From assembly GCA_036790915.1 (NCBI GenBank), contig DAIQIR010000005.1, forward strand, positions 434-64,433: a stretch of DNA of 64,000 nt. The letters run 5' to 3'. The notes beneath the pieces were generated by a model. The model was not told the origin of the DNA, searched no databases, and saw only the letters and a list, made by a program, of their open reading frames with translations. Positions 53,211 to 64,000 of the stretch are shown one piece after another; the stretch's first letter is position 1; the number at the start of each line of letters is the position of its first letter. The DNA comes from Micrococcaceae bacterium (GTDB taxonomy: Bacteria; Actinomycetota; Actinomycetes; Actinomycetales; Micrococcaceae). The translations under genes and the position numbers were made by a program.

Positions 53211-53921
53211 TTACGCGTCTCCTCTGATCATGCGGATAAAAAGTTCATGTACGCGTTTCTCCCCAGTCACTTCCGGGTGGAAGGAGGTGGCCAGAAGGTG
53301 GCCGGAACGCACTGCAACAATTCTAGCTGTCCCCGGGAGGCCTGCAGCGTGGGACGCGTACTCGAGGTCCGCCGGCTCCACCTGGGCCAGGATCTCCACG
53401 CCGGCTCCGACGCGTTCCACCCAGGGGCCCCGTATGAACACAGCATGTACGGGCGCAATGCCGGATTCGGTAGCGCTGAAGTCCAGGCCCTTGAAGTCCA
53501 GGTCCGTTTCGAACGACTCGCGCTGGCGGCCGAAGGCGTTGCGCCGCACCGTGATGTCCAGGCCGCCGAAAGTCTGCTGCGGGTTGCCGGCCAGGTCTGT
53601 GGCGGGATCGGCGATGTCGTCGGCCAGGAGGATCATGCCGGCGCAGGAACCGTAGACCGGCAGTCCGTTGCGGATCCGGTCCTTCAATGGCCCGGCCAGC
53701 TCAAAGGCGCGGGCCAGCTTGTCGATGGCTGTTGATTCGCCGCCTGGAATAATGAGGCCGTCCAGGCCGTCCAGTTCTGAAGGCCTGCGGATTCCGACGC
53801 CGGCCGCACCGGCGGCTTCCACGGCCCGGAGGTGTTCGCGGAAGTCGCCCTGAAGGGCCAGGACGCCGATCCGCAGGCCTGCGCCCACGCGTGCAGAAGC
53901 AGCCGAAAGGGGGTTTGTCAT
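53211..53921 (-). CDS. pdxT: PLP synthase glutaminase subunit
   Basis: [21 protein letters not shown] and FHPE motifs. Confidence 0.96.
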   Translation of the reverse strand: MTNPLSAASARVGAGLRIGVLALQGDFREHLRAVEAAGAAGVGIRRPSELDGLDGLIIPGGESTAIDKLARAFELAGPLKDRIRNGLPVYGSCAGMILLADDIADPATDLAGNPQQTFGGLDITVRRNAFGRQRESFETDLDFKGLDFSATESGIAPVHAVFIRGPWVERVGAGVEILAQVEPADLEYASHAAGLPGTARIVAVRSGHLLATSFHPEVTGEKRVHELFIRMIRGDA

Positions 53922-54013
53922 CCATTCAGCATAATGTGCGTGCGGTCCGCGGCGGCGCGGGAGGCCCCTCCCCGGGGGGAGTTCTATGCCGTTGCTGGGA
54001 TATATTACAGAGC

Positions 54014-55306
54014 ATGCTTTATATCAGTGTTCCGCTCGGCAAGCTGGTCCGCCGGGTGTCCCGGCTCAGGGGCGGCGGGTCTGCCCTGCCCGGGCTGGTG
54101 GTCGAGAAAATCGATCCCGGCTTTATGCAGCGGACGCTCGCCACGCTCCCCCACGGCGTTGCCGTGGTGAGCGGAACCAACGGCAAGACCACCACCACCA
54201 AGATGGTGGTGGAACTCCTGGAAAGCCAGGGCCTGAAGGTCTTCACCAACCGCACCGGCAGCAACTTCACCCGCGGGGTGGCTGCCGCCCTGCTGGGCGA
54301 GGTGGACTGGCGCGGCCGGCTCACGGCCGACGTCGCCGTCCTGGAGCTCGACGAAGCCCACGCCGTGCATTTTGTGAACCGCGTTCCGCCCCGGTACAGC
54401 CTCCTGCTCAACGTCCTGCGTGACCAGCTGGACCGGTTCGGCGAGATCGACAAGACGGCCCAGCTCCTGGAGCAAATCGCCGCAAAAACCACCGGAACGG
54501 TGGTCCTCAACCGGGAAGATCCCCGGGTTGCCCGCATCGCGGACACCCTCACCGGCCAGGATGTCCAGTACTTCGGCCTGGACGAGTCCCTCCTCAGCAC
54601 GTTCCCCAACGACGACGACATGCGGGCGGCGCCCGGAAGCCCCGCTCCCGCGACGCTCCCCCACAAGCCGCCCGCCGACGTCGTACTCCGAAAAGTGGGG
54701 CCGGACACCGCTGATTTTGAGTACGACGGCGTCACGGTCACCACTGCGATGAAGCTCCGCGGTGTGTACAACATCTTTAATGCGGCGGCGGCGCTGACCC
54801 TGGCCCGCAGCATCTGTGGTGGCGGTGCCGCCACAGCCGACCACGCCACCCTGCTCACCGCGCTGTCCCGGGTGGAGCCCGCGTTCGGCCGCGGCGAAAG
54901 CCTCACGGTGGACGGCCAGCCGCTGGACCTCGTGCTGGTCAAGAACCCCAGCGGTTTCCGGCTGGGACTGAAGTCCTTCCCGGCGGGCGGCTACGCCACC
55001 ATGATCGCCATCAACGACAACTACGCCGACGGCCGGGACATGTCCTGGCTCTGGGACGTGGAATTCGATTCCCTCCGCGACGGCGGCGTGGACCAGCTGA
55101 CAGGGTCCCGGGCCTACGATATGGCGCTGCGGCTGCAGTATGACGACGTCCGGATCGGCGGGGTCCAGCCGGAGATCGCGCCCGCGCTGGCCGCCTTCAT
55201 CCGAGAGGCCAAGGGCAAGCCGAAACGGATCTTCTGCACCTACACAGCCATGCTGGCCATCCGCCGCGAACTGTCCAAAATCACCACAGTGGAGGTGGTC
55301 TCTTGA
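54014..55306 (+). CDS. murT: lipid II isoglutaminyl synthase subunit MurT (Mur ligase + DUF1727)
   Basis: [18 protein letters not shown] and [11 protein letters not shown] motifs; start set at ATG 54014. Confidence 0.9.
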   Translation: MLYISVPLGKLVRRVSRLRGGGSALPGLVVEKIDPGFMQRTLATLPHGVAVVSGTNGKTTTTKMVVELLESQGLKVFTNRTGSNFTRGVAAALLGEVDWRGRLTADVAVLELDEAHAVHFVNRVPPRYSLLLNVLRDQLDRFGEIDKTAQLLEQIAAKTTGTVVLNREDPRVARIADTLTGQDVQYFGLDESLLSTFPNDDDMRAAPGSPAPATLPHKPPADVVLRKVGPDTADFEYDGVTVTTAMKLRGVYNIFNAAAALTLARSICGGGAATADHATLLTALSRVEPAFGRGESLTVDGQPLDLVLVKNPSGFRLGLKSFPAGGYATMIAINDNYADGRDMSWLWDVEFDSLRDGGVDQLTGSRAYDMALRLQYDDVRIGGVQPEIAPALAAFIREAKGKPKRIFCTYTAMLAIRRELSKITTVEVVS

Positions 55307-56055
55307 CCGCTGAATCAACCGGCGGCCCGCAGGAATCCAAGGGCACCATCCGGGTCCTGCAGCTCTACCCGCGGGACATGAACATCTACGGCGACTGGGG
55401 CAATGCCCTGGTGCTCAAACAACGGATCAGCTGGCACGGCTACACGCCGGAGCTCCTGGAGTACAACGTCGGTGACGGGTTTCCGGCCGATGTGGATCTC
55501 ATTGTGGGAGGCGGCGGGCAGGACAGCGGACAGCTGGTCATCCAGGACGATCTGCAGTTGCGGGCCGGCGTCCTTACGGAGCTGGCAGAGGACGGCGCAC
55601 CCATGCTGGTCATCTGCGGGCTGTACCAGCTGTTCGGGCGCTTCTTTAAGACCCGCTCGGGCTCTGTCATTCCGGGCATCGGCGTCCTGGATGTGGAAAC
55701 CCACGGCACGGACGAACGCCTGATCGGCAACGTCAAGGTGGCCACGTCGGAGTTCGGCGAGGTCCTGGGCTACGAGAACCACAGCGGGCAGACCACCTTG
55801 GGACCGGGCGTGCGTCCCCTCGGATCCGCGGCCAAGGGAACCGGCAACAACAGCAGCGACGGCCACGAAGGCGCCCGGTACCGGAATGTAGTGGCCAGTT
55901 ACCTGCACGGCTCACTGCTGCCGAAGAACCCGGCGATTGCCGACTTCCTGATCCGGACCGCCGTCGAACGCAAGTACGGGACGTTTGTCCCGGGCGCCCC
56001 TGATGACCGCTACGTTGTGCTGGCACGGGAGCACGCAGCGCGCCGTCCGCGCTAA
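55303..56055 (+). CDS. gatD: lipid II isoglutaminyl synthase glutaminase subunit GatD (CobQ-like)
   Basis: MNIYGDWGN, GGGQD, ICGLYQL, YENH and YLHGSLLPKN motifs; overlaps the murT stop. Confidence 0.9.
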   Translation: MTAESTGGPQESKGTIRVLQLYPRDMNIYGDWGNALVLKQRISWHGYTPELLEYNVGDGFPADVDLIVGGGGQDSGQLVIQDDLQLRAGVLTELAEDGAPMLVICGLYQLFGRFFKTRSGSVIPGIGVLDVETHGTDERLIGNVKVATSEFGEVLGYENHSGQTTLGPGVRPLGSAAKGTGNNSSDGHEGARYRNVVASYLHGSLLPKNPAIADFLIRTAVERKYGTFVPGAPDDRYVVLAREHAARRPR

Positions 56056-56072
56056 TTCTGCCCCGCCTCCAA

Positions 56073-56146
56073 CCCCGTGAGTTTTTGTCCAGATAAAGGG
56101 TGTTAAGCATCCCCTGGACCGTATTATCTGCTCAAAAACTCAGGGG
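56073..56146. repeat. short non-coding inverted-repeat element (REP/MITE-like)
   Basis: tgagtttttgtccagataa ... ttatctgctcaaaaactca (17/19 complementary), flanked by cccc/gggg. Confidence 0.6.
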
Positions 56147-56155
56147 AAGGGCAGT

Positions 56156-56199
56156 ACGACGCCGGCCGGTCACCTCATGAGGTGACCGGCCGGCGTCGT
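56156..56199. terminator. perfect 44-bp palindrome between convergent gatD and pdxS
   Basis: acgacgccggccggtcacctca|tgaggtgaccggccggcgtcgt. Confidence 0.75.
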
Positions 56200-56219
56200 T
56201 TGTTGAGGCTGCGGAGGTG

Positions 56220-57146
56220 TTACCAGCCGCGCTCGGAGAGGCGGTGCGGCTGCGGGATCTCGTCCACGTTGATGCCCACCATGGCTTCGCCGAGACCGCG
56301 GGAGGCCTTGGCGATGACGTCGGGGTCATCGAAGAAGGTGGTGGCCTTGACCACGGCAGCGGCACGCTGGGCCGGGTTGCCGGACTTGAAGATGCCGGAA
56401 CCAACGAACACGCCGTCGGCGCCGAGCTGCATCATCATGGCAGCGTCGGCCGGGGTGGCGATGCCGCCCGCGGTGAACAGCACCACGGGGAGCTTGCCGG
56501 CGGCGGCAACTTCCTTGACCAGTTCGTACGGGGCCTGCAGTTCCTTGGCCGCGACGTACAGCTCGTCCTCGGGCAGGGCGGCAAGCTTGGCGATCGCGGC
56601 ACGGATCTGGCGCATGTGCCCGGTGGCGTTGGAGACGTCGCCGGTACCGGCCTCGCCCTTGGACCGGATCATGGCCGCGCCCTCGTTGATGCGGCGCAGC
56701 GCCTCACCGAGGTTGGTGGCGCCACAGACGAAGGGAACCTTGAAGTTCCACTTGTCGATGTGGTGGACGTAGTCGGCCGGGGTCAGGACCTCGGACTCGT
56801 CAATGTAGTCCACGCCCAACGACTGCAGGACCTGGGCCTCCACGAAGTGGCCGATCCGGGCCTTGGCCATAACCGGGACGGAAACGGCTTCGATGATCTT
56901 GTCGATCATGTCCGGATCGGACATGCGGGACACGCCGCCCTGGGCACGGATATCAGCCGGAACGCGCTCCAGAGCCATGACTGCAACGGCACCGGCGTCT
57001 TCGGCGATGCGGGCCTGTTCGACATTGACGACGTCCATAATGACGCCGCCCTTGAGCATCTCAGCCATGCCGCGCTTGACGCGGTTGCTTCCCGTGACGC
57101 TGTTCGCGGACGAACCGGCTTCGCTGCTTACATCAGGTGTAGACAC
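56220..57146 (-). CDS. pdxS: PLP synthase lyase subunit
   Basis: [16 protein letters not shown] and [10 protein letters not shown] motifs; start uncertain, GTG 57146 chosen. Confidence 0.96.
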   Translation of the reverse strand: MSTPDVSSEAGSSANSVTGSNRVKRGMAEMLKGGVIMDVVNVEQARIAEDAGAVAVMALERVPADIRAQGGVSRMSDPDMIDKIIEAVSVPVMAKARIGHFVEAQVLQSLGVDYIDESEVLTPADYVHHIDKWNFKVPFVCGATNLGEALRRINEGAAMIRSKGEAGTGDVSNATGHMRQIRAAIAKLAALPEDELYVAAKELQAPYELVKEVAAAGKLPVVLFTAGGIATPADAAMMMQLGADGVFVGSGIFKSGNPAQRAAAVVKATTFFDDPDVIAKASRGLGEAMVGINVDEIPQPHRLSERGW

Positions 57147-57287
57147 AAAAACCCCTATGGGTAGATAGATGATCTTCGCCGGGCGTGAGGGCGGCAAGAA
57201 GCCGAAAGTACACGCACCGGGTTGCCGGATCCATTGACCGGGCAGTCACAATACTAGTCCCACGGCAGGCGGCAGGCTTAATCACCC

Positions 57288-57911
57288 TTAATCAGAAGCC
57301 GCGGACTCCGCAAAGGCCTGCCGGTGGACGGTTGCTACGCGCTGGATGATCGTGATCAGGCTGGCCAGGGCCAGCAGTGCAAGCGTCACCAGAAGGACCA
57401 CCGGGGGCAGCCCGAGGCCGGTAAATCCGGTGACAACCAGCACTGAAACCAGTCTCTCAGCCCGCTCGGCGATGCCAATATTCGCCGTGAAGCCGAGGGA
57501 CTCGGCCTTGGACCGCGCGTACGAGACCACCATGCCCAAAACAAGGCAGAGAATGGCTGCGACGGCGATCGCGTAGTTGGCGCCGCCGGTGAAGAACCAG
57601 ATGGCCAGGCCGGCGAACAGTGCGCCGTCTGCGACCCTGTCCAGCGTGGAGTCCAGGAAGTTTCCCCAGCGGCCGCCGGTGTCCCGCAGCCGGGCCATGA
57701 TGCCGTCGAGCACGTCGGAGAAGATGAACGCGGTAATGAACAGGGTTCCCCACCAGAGCTGGCCGAGGGGGTAGAAGACCAACGCACCCGCCACCACACC
57801 GGCGGTTCCGAGGACCGTCACAGCGTCAGGGGAAACACCGATCTTCAGGAGCCAGCGCGCAAGCGGAGTGAACAGTGCGGTAAAAAACCCGCGGGCATGC
57901 CTATTCAGCAT
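57288..57911 (-). CDS. pgsA: phosphatidylinositol-phosphate synthase (CDP-alcohol phosphatidyltransferase)
   Basis: DVLDGIMAR...G..LDSTLDRVAD motif; thrS-hit-pgsA synteny. Confidence 0.92.
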   Translation of the reverse strand: MLNRHARGFFTALFTPLARWLLKIGVSPDAVTVLGTAGVVAGALVFYPLGQLWWGTLFITAFIFSDVLDGIMARLRDTGGRWGNFLDSTLDRVADGALFAGLAIWFFTGGANYAIAVAAILCLVLGMVVSYARSKAESLGFTANIGIAERAERLVSVLVVTGFTGLGLPPVVLLVTLALLALASLITIIQRVATVHRQAFAESAASD

Positions 57912-58488
57912 CCGTCTCCCCGGGCCAGGCCTCTGCGACCTGCTGGCGGACTTCGTCCAGGGTCTGTGTGATGGCCTTGGTCTGGGCAATGATGGGGAAG
58001 AAGTTTCCGTCCCCGCCCCAGCGCGGAACGATGTGCTGGTGCAGGTGCGCGGCGATTCCCGCCCCGCCCACTACGCCTTGGTTCATCCCGAGGTTAAAGC
58101 CGCCCGGGTTCGCCACCTTGCGCAGGACCCTCATGGCTGTTTGGGTAATCTCCGCAAACTCCGCGGTCTCTTCCACGGTGAGGTCCGTGTAGTCCGGGAC
58201 GTGCCGGTAGGGGCAGACCAGGAGGTGGCCCGGATTGTAGGGGAACAGGTTGAGGACCACGTAACAGGTCTTCCCCCGGTAGACGATCAGGGCTTCCTCG
58301 TCAGTCCGGCCCGGACCCACGCAGAAGGGGCAGTCGTTTTCGTTCTTGAACTGGTGCTGGCCGCCTTTAATATAGGCCATCCGGTGCGGAGTCCACAGGC
58401 GCTGGAAAGCATCCGGTACGCCCGCGAGTTCAAAGTCGTCGGTCACGCCGGCATCCCCTGGATATCCTGCGCCTGTGTTCTCCTGCAC
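57901..58488 (-). CDS. HIT-family protein (Ap4A phosphorylase-like)
   Basis: LWTPHRMAYI, CPFC, NLFPYNPGH and HLHQH motifs. Confidence 0.93.
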   Translation of the reverse strand: MQENTGAGYPGDAGVTDDFELAGVPDAFQRLWTPHRMAYIKGGQHQFKNENDCPFCVGPGRTDEEALIVYRGKTCYVVLNLFPYNPGHLLVCPYRHVPDYTDLTVEETAEFAEITQTAMRVLRKVANPGGFNLGMNQGVVGGAGIAAHLHQHIVPRWGGDGNFFPIIAQTKAITQTLDEVRQQVAEAWPGETDAE

Positions 58489-58508
58489 CGTGTTCTTATC
58501 CGTTCCCG

Positions 58509-60518
58509 CTAGCTGGTCCGGTTACGGACGGCTTCTGTGATCCGCTTGACGGCCTCGGCCACCGGCACGCCGTTGTCCTGGCTTCCGTCACGGAAGCGGA
58601 AGGACACCGCGCCCGCCTCGGCGTCGTCGCCGCCGGCGATCAGGACAAACGGGATCTTGTCCTTGCTGGCGGTGCGGATCTTCTTGGGGAACCTGTCCGA
58701 CGACGTATCCACCTCGGCGCGGATGCCCGCCGCCTTGAGCTGGTCAACGACGTCGAACATGTACTCGTTGAACGTTTCGGCCACGGGGATACCCACCACC
58801 TGGACAGGGGAAAGCCATGCGGGGAATGCGCCGGCGTAATGCTCGGTGAGCACCCCCATGAACCGCTCGATGGAACCGAAGAGCGCACGGTGGATCATGA
58901 CCGGACGCTGGCGGGTGCCGTCGGCAGCCTGGAATTCCAGCTCAAAGCGTTCGGGGAGGTTGAAGTCCAGCTGGATGGTGGACATCTGCCAGGTTCGGCC
59001 GAGTGCGTCCTTGGCCTGGACGGAGATCTTCGGACCGTAGAAGGCAGCGCCGCCCGGATCCGCGACCAGTTCCAGGCCGGATTCCTCTGCCACCTCGGCG
59101 AGGGTCCGGGTGGCTTCCTCCCAGGCTGCATCCTCGCCGACGTACTTCTCCGGGTCCTTGGTGGACAGCTCCAGGTAGAAGTCGTTCAGGCCGTAATCCT
59201 TCAGCAGGCCCAGCACGAACTGCAGGGTCTTGGTGAGTTCGTCCTTCATCTGCTCGCGGGTGCAGTAGATGTGGGCGTCGTCCTGTGTCATGCCACGGAC
59301 CCGGGTCAGCCCGTGAACCACACCGGACTTTTCGTACCGGTAGACAGCGCCGAATTCGAACAGCCGCAGCGGGAGCTCGCGGTACGAGCGTCCCCGCGAG
59401 CGGAAGATCAGGTTGTGCATGGGGCAGTTCATCGGCTTCAGGTAGTAGTCCTGGCCGGGCTTGCGCACGGTGCCGTCCTCGTTGAGTTCCGCGTCCACGT
59501 GCATGGCCGGGAACATGCCCTCCTTGTACCAGTCCAGGTGTCCGGAGACTTCGTACAGGTGGCCCTTGGTGATGTGGGGCGTGTAGACGAACTCGTAGCC
59601 TTCGTCGACGTGGCGCTGGCGGGAGTAGTCCTCCATCTCCTTGCGGATGATGCCGCCCTTGGGGTGGAACACCGGCAGGCCAGAGCCGAGCTCGTCCGGG
59701 AAGGAGAACAGGTCAAGTTCGACGCCGAGCTTGCGGTGGTCGCGGCGCTCGGCCTCAGCGATGCGCTCCTGGTAGGCCTTGAGCGCGTCCTTGGTGGGCC
59801 AGGCGGTGCCGTAGATGCGCTGCAGCTGCTGGTTCTTCTGGTTGCCCAGCCAGTACGCGGAGGAGGACCGGGTCAGGGCGAAGGAGTTGGAGATGAGCTT
59901 GGTGTTGGGCAAGTGCGGGCCGCGGCAGAGGTCGCACCAGACTGTGGTCCCCTCTTTGCGCTCCACGTTGTCGTAGATGGTGATGTCGCCGGCGCCGACT
60001 TCGACGTTGACGCCTTCGCCGGCTTCGGCGGCTTCGTTCTTCTTGCCCAGAAGTTCCAGCTTGTAGGGCTCGTTCTTCATGGCTTCGCGGGCTTCATCTT
60101 CGCTGACCACGCGGCGGACGAACTTCTGGTTCTGGTTGATGATCTTGAGCATCATCTTTTCGAGGGTCTTGAGGTCCTCGGGGGTGAACGGTTCGGCGAC
60201 GTCGAAGTCGAAGTAGAAGCCGTCGGTGATGTACGGGCCGATGCCCAGCTTGGCGTCCGGGCGCAGCTGCTGCACGGCCTGGGCCATCACGTGGGCGGTG
60301 GAGTGGCGGAGGACGTTCAGGCCGTCCGGGGAGTCGACGGTGACGCCCTCGACGTCGGCGCCTTCCGGCAGCTCCTGGTCCAGGTCCTTCAGCTCGCCAT
60401 TGACGCGGGCTACAACAACTTCGCGGCGCTCAAAGAAGAGTTCCGCACCGGTTGTCCCGGTAGTCACCTTGGTCTCTTCGCCATCGACGATGAGGGTGAT
60501 CTGCTGGGCATCTGACAC
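58509..60518 (-). CDS. thrS: threonine--tRNA ligase
   Basis: RHSTAH, DLCRGPH, KPMNCP, FYGPKI and HRALFGS motifs. Confidence 0.98.
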   Translation of the reverse strand: MSDAQQITLIVDGEETKVTTGTTGAELFFERREVVVARVNGELKDLDQELPEGADVEGVTVDSPDGLNVLRHSTAHVMAQAVQQLRPDAKLGIGPYITDGFYFDFDVAEPFTPEDLKTLEKMMLKIINQNQKFVRRVVSEDEAREAMKNEPYKLELLGKKNEAAEAGEGVNVEVGAGDITIYDNVERKEGTTVWCDLCRGPHLPNTKLISNSFALTRSSSAYWLGNQKNQQLQRIYGTAWPTKDALKAYQERIAEAERRDHRKLGVELDLFSFPDELGSGLPVFHPKGGIIRKEMEDYSRQRHVDEGYEFVYTPHITKGHLYEVSGHLDWYKEGMFPAMHVDAELNEDGTVRKPGQDYYLKPMNCPMHNLIFRSRGRSYRELPLRLFEFGAVYRYEKSGVVHGLTRVRGMTQDDAHIYCTREQMKDELTKTLQFVLGLLKDYGLNDFYLELSTKDPEKYVGEDAAWEEATRTLAEVAEESGLELVADPGGAAFYGPKISVQAKDALGRTWQMSTIQLDFNLPERFELEFQAADGTRQRPVMIHRALFGSIERFMGVLTEHYAGAFPAWLSPVQVVGIPVAETFNEYMFDVVDQLKAAGIRAEVDTSSDRFPKKIRTASKDKIPFVLIAGGDDAEAGAVSFRFRDGSQDNGVPVAEAVKRITEAVRNRTS

Positions 60519-60634
60519 GGGTGTCTCCTATTCAAAGTTTTAGGCTTCATAGCTTGCGGCATACGGGGACCACAGCCAGCCATCGTCAATGCTATCGGTT
60601 TCCCGGGAGGCCGACCAACGGGACCCGCGGCCCC

Positions 60635-63600
60635 TCAGCCGCCCATTCCGGTAATTGCAAGGCTTCGGCTGATTCCGTCCAGGGGATGCGGCACATCGGT
60701 TCTCTCCACCCGGTCCGCCGGGAACGGCAGGCTTTCCACCCGGCTCAGGTCCCAGGCCATACTGGCGCTCAGGCTGATTCCCCGGGGACCTGTCCGCCGG
60801 GTGGTGCCCCGGATCAGCAGCAACCGGGTGCCAAACAGCAGCAGCCCTGCCTGCTCCTGGGCTTCATGGAAGAACACGGAGTCGATACAGCCGGTGCCGT
60901 CATCGATGCTGATGAACACCACCCGCCGGCCGCCACGCATGGGCGGTGTCTGGGTGGCGATGCGCACCCCCGCCACCAGAACCTCGGTACCGTTGCGCAG
61001 GCCCAGCAGTTTGTCGGCAGTGGTGACACCCAGCCTGTCCAGCATGGGCCGGTGGCTGTCCATCAGGTGCCCGCTGACATCCATGGCCATCAGGTCCAGT
61101 TCCGCCCGGACGTTTTCCACCAGGGTTGGCGCGGGTAGCCCTGGTTTAACATTCCGCAGTTCCACATCCCCCAGCGGCAGGGACAACTGCCCGTCCATGA
61201 CGTCGATGCCTTTACGGGTGCCGCCCGCGGACTGGAGCTTTTGCAGGTGCTGGACGAGGTCCGCGCGGTTGGCGGCACCGCCCGATTCACGGTGCAGGGA
61301 ATCGAAAGCACCCAGCTGGGCGAGCCTTTTGATGCTTGGCCTGCTCAGCCTGGACCGTGCCCGAAGGTCAGCCAAGGAGTCATAGGGCTGGCCGGCGACA
61401 ATCCGTTTGAGCTCGGCCCCGGACAGGCCATAGATGCCGTTAAGGCTCAGCCTGATCCCCAGCTTGCCGGCATCCGGCCCGTCCGCGACCCGTTCCACCC
61501 GGTATTCGGCCTGGCTGCGGTTGATGTCCAGGGGCAGGATGGGGATGCCCAGCCTGCGGGCTTCGGCCACCAGCAGCCGTTTGGGGTACATGCCGGGATC
61601 GTGTTCCCACAGCCCGGCCAGGAAAGCCTCGGGGTGGTGCGTCTTGAGCCAGGCGGACTGGTAGGTGGGGACGGCAAATGCCGCACCGTGCGCCTTGCAG
61701 AAGCCGAAGCTGCCAAAGGCTTTCAGGGTCCCCCAGACCTTGTCCACCACCTCCGGGGAGTACCCCTTGACCCGGGCCTCCTTGCGGAAGAACTCTTCCA
61801 CCGTCAGCTCGAGGACCTCGTTGCCGAGCGCCCGGCGGAACTCATCCGCCCGCGCCAGGCCGCAGCCGGTCATCACGTTGAAGGTTTTCAGGATCTGTTC
61901 ATGGAAGACAGTGACTCCATGCGTTTCCTGCAGCACGGGTTTCAGGTCAGGGTGCGGGTAGACCTCCGGCGCGAAGCCGTGCCTGTGCTCCAGGAAGGGC
62001 CGCACCATGTCAGATTTCATCGGGCCCGGCCGGAACAGCGAAATGTCGATGATGAGGTCATTAAACTCACGCGGCGCCAGCTTGCCGATCAGTTCCCGCT
62101 GTCCGGGCGACTCGATCTGGAAACAGCCCAGGGTGTGGGTGCTGCGGATCAGTTCGTAGGTTGGTTCATCATCCAGCGGCACGGCGTTGAGGTCGATATG
62201 GCCGTTCTCGGCGATATAGTCCGGCCCGGTTCCGTCAGGCCCTGCAGGGTGTGCCCCTGCCGCCACCACTTCGGCCTTGGAGGGATGGATCCGGATGACT
62301 TCCCGGACGGCAAACGCCATGGCGCTCTGCATCCTGACCCCCAGGACATCAAGCTTGAGCATGCCCATGGGATCCATGTCATGTTTATCGAACTGGCTCA
62401 TGGGCAGCCCCAGTCCGCTGGGCTGTACAGGGGTCCGGTCAAGCAGCGTGGCATCGCCCAGGATCACCCCGCAGGGATGCATGGAAATATGGCGGGGCAG
62501 GCGGTCCAGCCGTTCCGTGAGGTCCACCAGCAGGTCAAGCTGCTGGTTTTCGGCGAAGTCCCGCTGTTCCACCCGCCCGGCGAACTCGCGCAGTTCAGGT
62601 TTCTCCACCAGCGCCTCACGGAATTTCCGGGCCGAAAAACGCCACAGCTGCTTGGCGATCTCACCGACGTCGTCGCCGTCCATGCCCAGGGCCATTCCGG
62701 CGTCGCGGACTGCACCGCGGGCGCGGTACCCGTTCTGCATGCTCATCAGTGTGACGCGCTCGGAACCGAAACGGTCAAAGATCCGCCGGTACACGTTGTG
62801 CCGCTCGGCGCTTTCGACGTCGATGTCGATGTCCGGCAACGTGGCCCGGTCCCGGGACAGGAAGCGCTCGAAGATCAGGTCGTGCTGCAGGGGGTCCACC
62901 TGGCTGACACCGATCAGGTAGTTGACCAGGCTGGAAGCCCCGGAACCGCGGGCGGCTGCCCTGACCCCCATGTCCTGGATCATCCGGGAGACCTCCGCGA
63001 CAGTGAGGAAGTAGGAGGAGAATCCGAGGTTCCTGATGATCCCCAGCTCGTGCTCCAGCCGCGAGCGCATGTCCTGGTGGGCTGAACCTGATATTCCTGG
63101 GAACCGCCTGCTGATCCCGGCTTCACAGCGCTGCACCAGTTCAACGTGCGGGTCCTGGGTGATACCAAGGACCGATGCCTCTGGGACCACCGGCTGTTTC
63201 CATCCCATGTCAGCCACCGGGTCAATCCGGCAGAAGTCGGCGAGCGCCTCGGTCTGCGCCATCAGCTGTTTGAGGTCCGCTGTGCCATACCCTGCGGCGC
63301 GGATGATTTCCTTGCCGAGCTGAAGCATCTGCGCTGATGATTTGAGCCATGCCTGCCCGTTGGGCTGGAGCAGTGGTTCGGCTGCGAGTTCGGGGAGGGA
63401 CTTCAGCGTCCGGGCGGAGTCGAGTACGTCCGCCGTGGCTGCACCGTCCTCGGCGCAATAGCGGACAGCGTTGGTGAGCACGGCCGGCACCTGGTGTTCT
63501 TCGGCAAGTTTGAGCATGCGCACTGCGTGGGCAGTGCTCAGGGGCGCCCCGGGGGCAGTGAGCTGGGAAACCACCTCCGCCACCAGGGTTCCTGCGGGCA

Positions 63601-64000
63601 TGGCGTCCAGCCAGCCCTTGAAAAGGGTGCGCGGACGGAGGTAGCGCCGGCCGCCCATGGCCCGTCCGACGTCGGAATCCGGGCCGATCAGGACTGTCAG
63701 GACCGGCTTCAGGGTTTTTGGGTCGATTGTGCGGGAGGCGAGTTCGGCGCGGGTGACCGCCACGGGCACCGCTCCCCCGGCTTTGCCGGAGGTGCGGGCA
63801 TGGGCATCGGACACCAGGCGGCACAGGGCACGGTAGCCTGCCCCGTTGTTGTGGCCACGGGCGAGGACCACCACCCTGCCGGCGAGCTGGGTACGGTTAT
63901 CGCCGCCGTCGTCGAAGACCGCAAGGTCCACTCCCACGATGGGGTCGATGCCGGCGGCCATGCAGGCTTTGAGGTGTTTGATGGTGCCGTACAGGCCGTC
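60635..64000 (-). CDS. dnaE2: error-prone DNA polymerase III alpha (DnaE2 type), 5' end outside window
   Basis: RGSGASS, PDIDID, KLDVLG, CFQIESPGQ and SFGFCKAH motifs; frame stays open to the window edge (DGLYGTIKHLKAC). Confidence 0.85.
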   Translation of the reverse strand, partial: DGLYGTIKHLKACMAAGIDPIVGVDLAVFDDGGDNRTQLAGRVVVLARGHNNGAGYRALCRLVSDAHARTSGKAGGAVPVAVTRAELASRTIDPKTLKPVLTVLIGPDSDVGRAMGGRRYLRPRTLFKGWLDAMPAGTLVAEVVSQLTAPGAPLSTAHAVRMLKLAEEHQVPAVLTNAVRYCAEDGAATADVLDSARTLKSLPELAAEPLLQPNGQAWLKSSAQMLQLGKEIIRAAGYGTADLKQLMAQTEALADFCRIDPVADMGWKQPVVPEASVLGITQDPHVELVQRCEAGISRRFPGISGSAHQDMRSRLEHELGIIRNLGFSSYFLTVAEVSRMIQDMGVRAAARGSGASSLVNYLIGVSQVDPLQHDLIFERFLSRDRATLPDIDIDVESAERHNVYRRIFDRFGSERVTLMSMQNGYRARGAVRDAGMALGMDGDDVGEIAKQLWRFSARKFREALVEKPELREFAGRVEQRDFAENQQLDLLVDLTERLDRLPRHISMHPCGVILGDATLLDRTPVQPSGLGLPMSQFDKHDMDPMGMLKLDVLGVRMQSAMAFAVREVIRIHPSKAEVVAAGAHPAGPDGTGPDYIAENGHIDLNAVPLDDEPTYELIRSTHTLGCFQIESPGQRELIGKLAPREFNDLIIDISLFRPGPMKSDMVRPFLEHRHGFAPEVYPHPDLKPVLQETHGVTVFHEQILKTFNVMTGCGLARADEFRRALGNEVLELTVEEFFRKEARVKGYSPEVVDKVWGTLKAFGSFGFCKAHGAAFAVPTYQSAWLKTHHPEAFLAGLWEHDPGMYPKRLLVAEARRLGIPILPLDINRSQAEYRVERVADGPDAGKLGIRLSLNGIYGLSGAELKRIVAGQPYDSLADLRARSRLSRPSIKRLAQLGAFDSLHRESGGAANRADLVQHLQKLQSAGGTRKGIDVMDGQLSLPLGDVELRNVKPGLPAPTLVENVRAELDLMAMDVSGHLMDSHRPMLDRLGVTTADKLLGLRNGTEVLVAGVRIATQTPPMRGGRRVVFISIDDGTGCIDSVFFHEAQEQAGLLLFGTRLLLIRGTTRRTGPRGISLSASMAWDLSRVESLPFPADRVERTDVPHPLDGISRSLAITGMGG

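Overview
High-GC actinobacterial chromosomal segment, most consistent with Arthrobacter/Pseudarthrobacter (Micrococcaceae). Most genes lie on the minus strand and form a housekeeping backbone: dnaE2 (partial), thrS, hit, pgsA, pdxS, murT-gatD (+), pdxT, yebC, ruvCAB, yajC-secDF, relA, DUF349 and PPIase (+), hisS, aspS, rarA, rpsD, alaS-ruvX-mltG-aroE-aroC-aroK-aroB, efp-nusB and pyrR-pyrB-pyrC-orf-carA (partial). Two accessory blocks interrupt it. The first (5.8-17 kb) is a GntR-linked catabolic operon: xylose-isomerase-like TIM barrel, fused DhaKL kinase, RpiB, 3-hydroxyacyl-CoA-dehydrogenase-family enzyme, SDR, a 30-aa membrane micro-protein missing from the ORF track, ACS-type MFS and a TIM-family isomerase. 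I read it as a candidate 'sugar acid -> 3-keto acid -> erythrulose -> erythrose-4-P' pathway. It is separated from its regulator by a decayed Tn3-family relic (38-bp IR, split resolvase) carrying an intact DJ-1/PfpI gene. The second block (31.3-35.2 kb) holds an MFS remnant, a LigB/DODA-type dioxygenase with an orphan palindromic operator, and a large Asp-box lipoprotein. No rRNA, tRNA or CRISPR array was recognised. All calls come from reading motifs by eye; no database searches were run.
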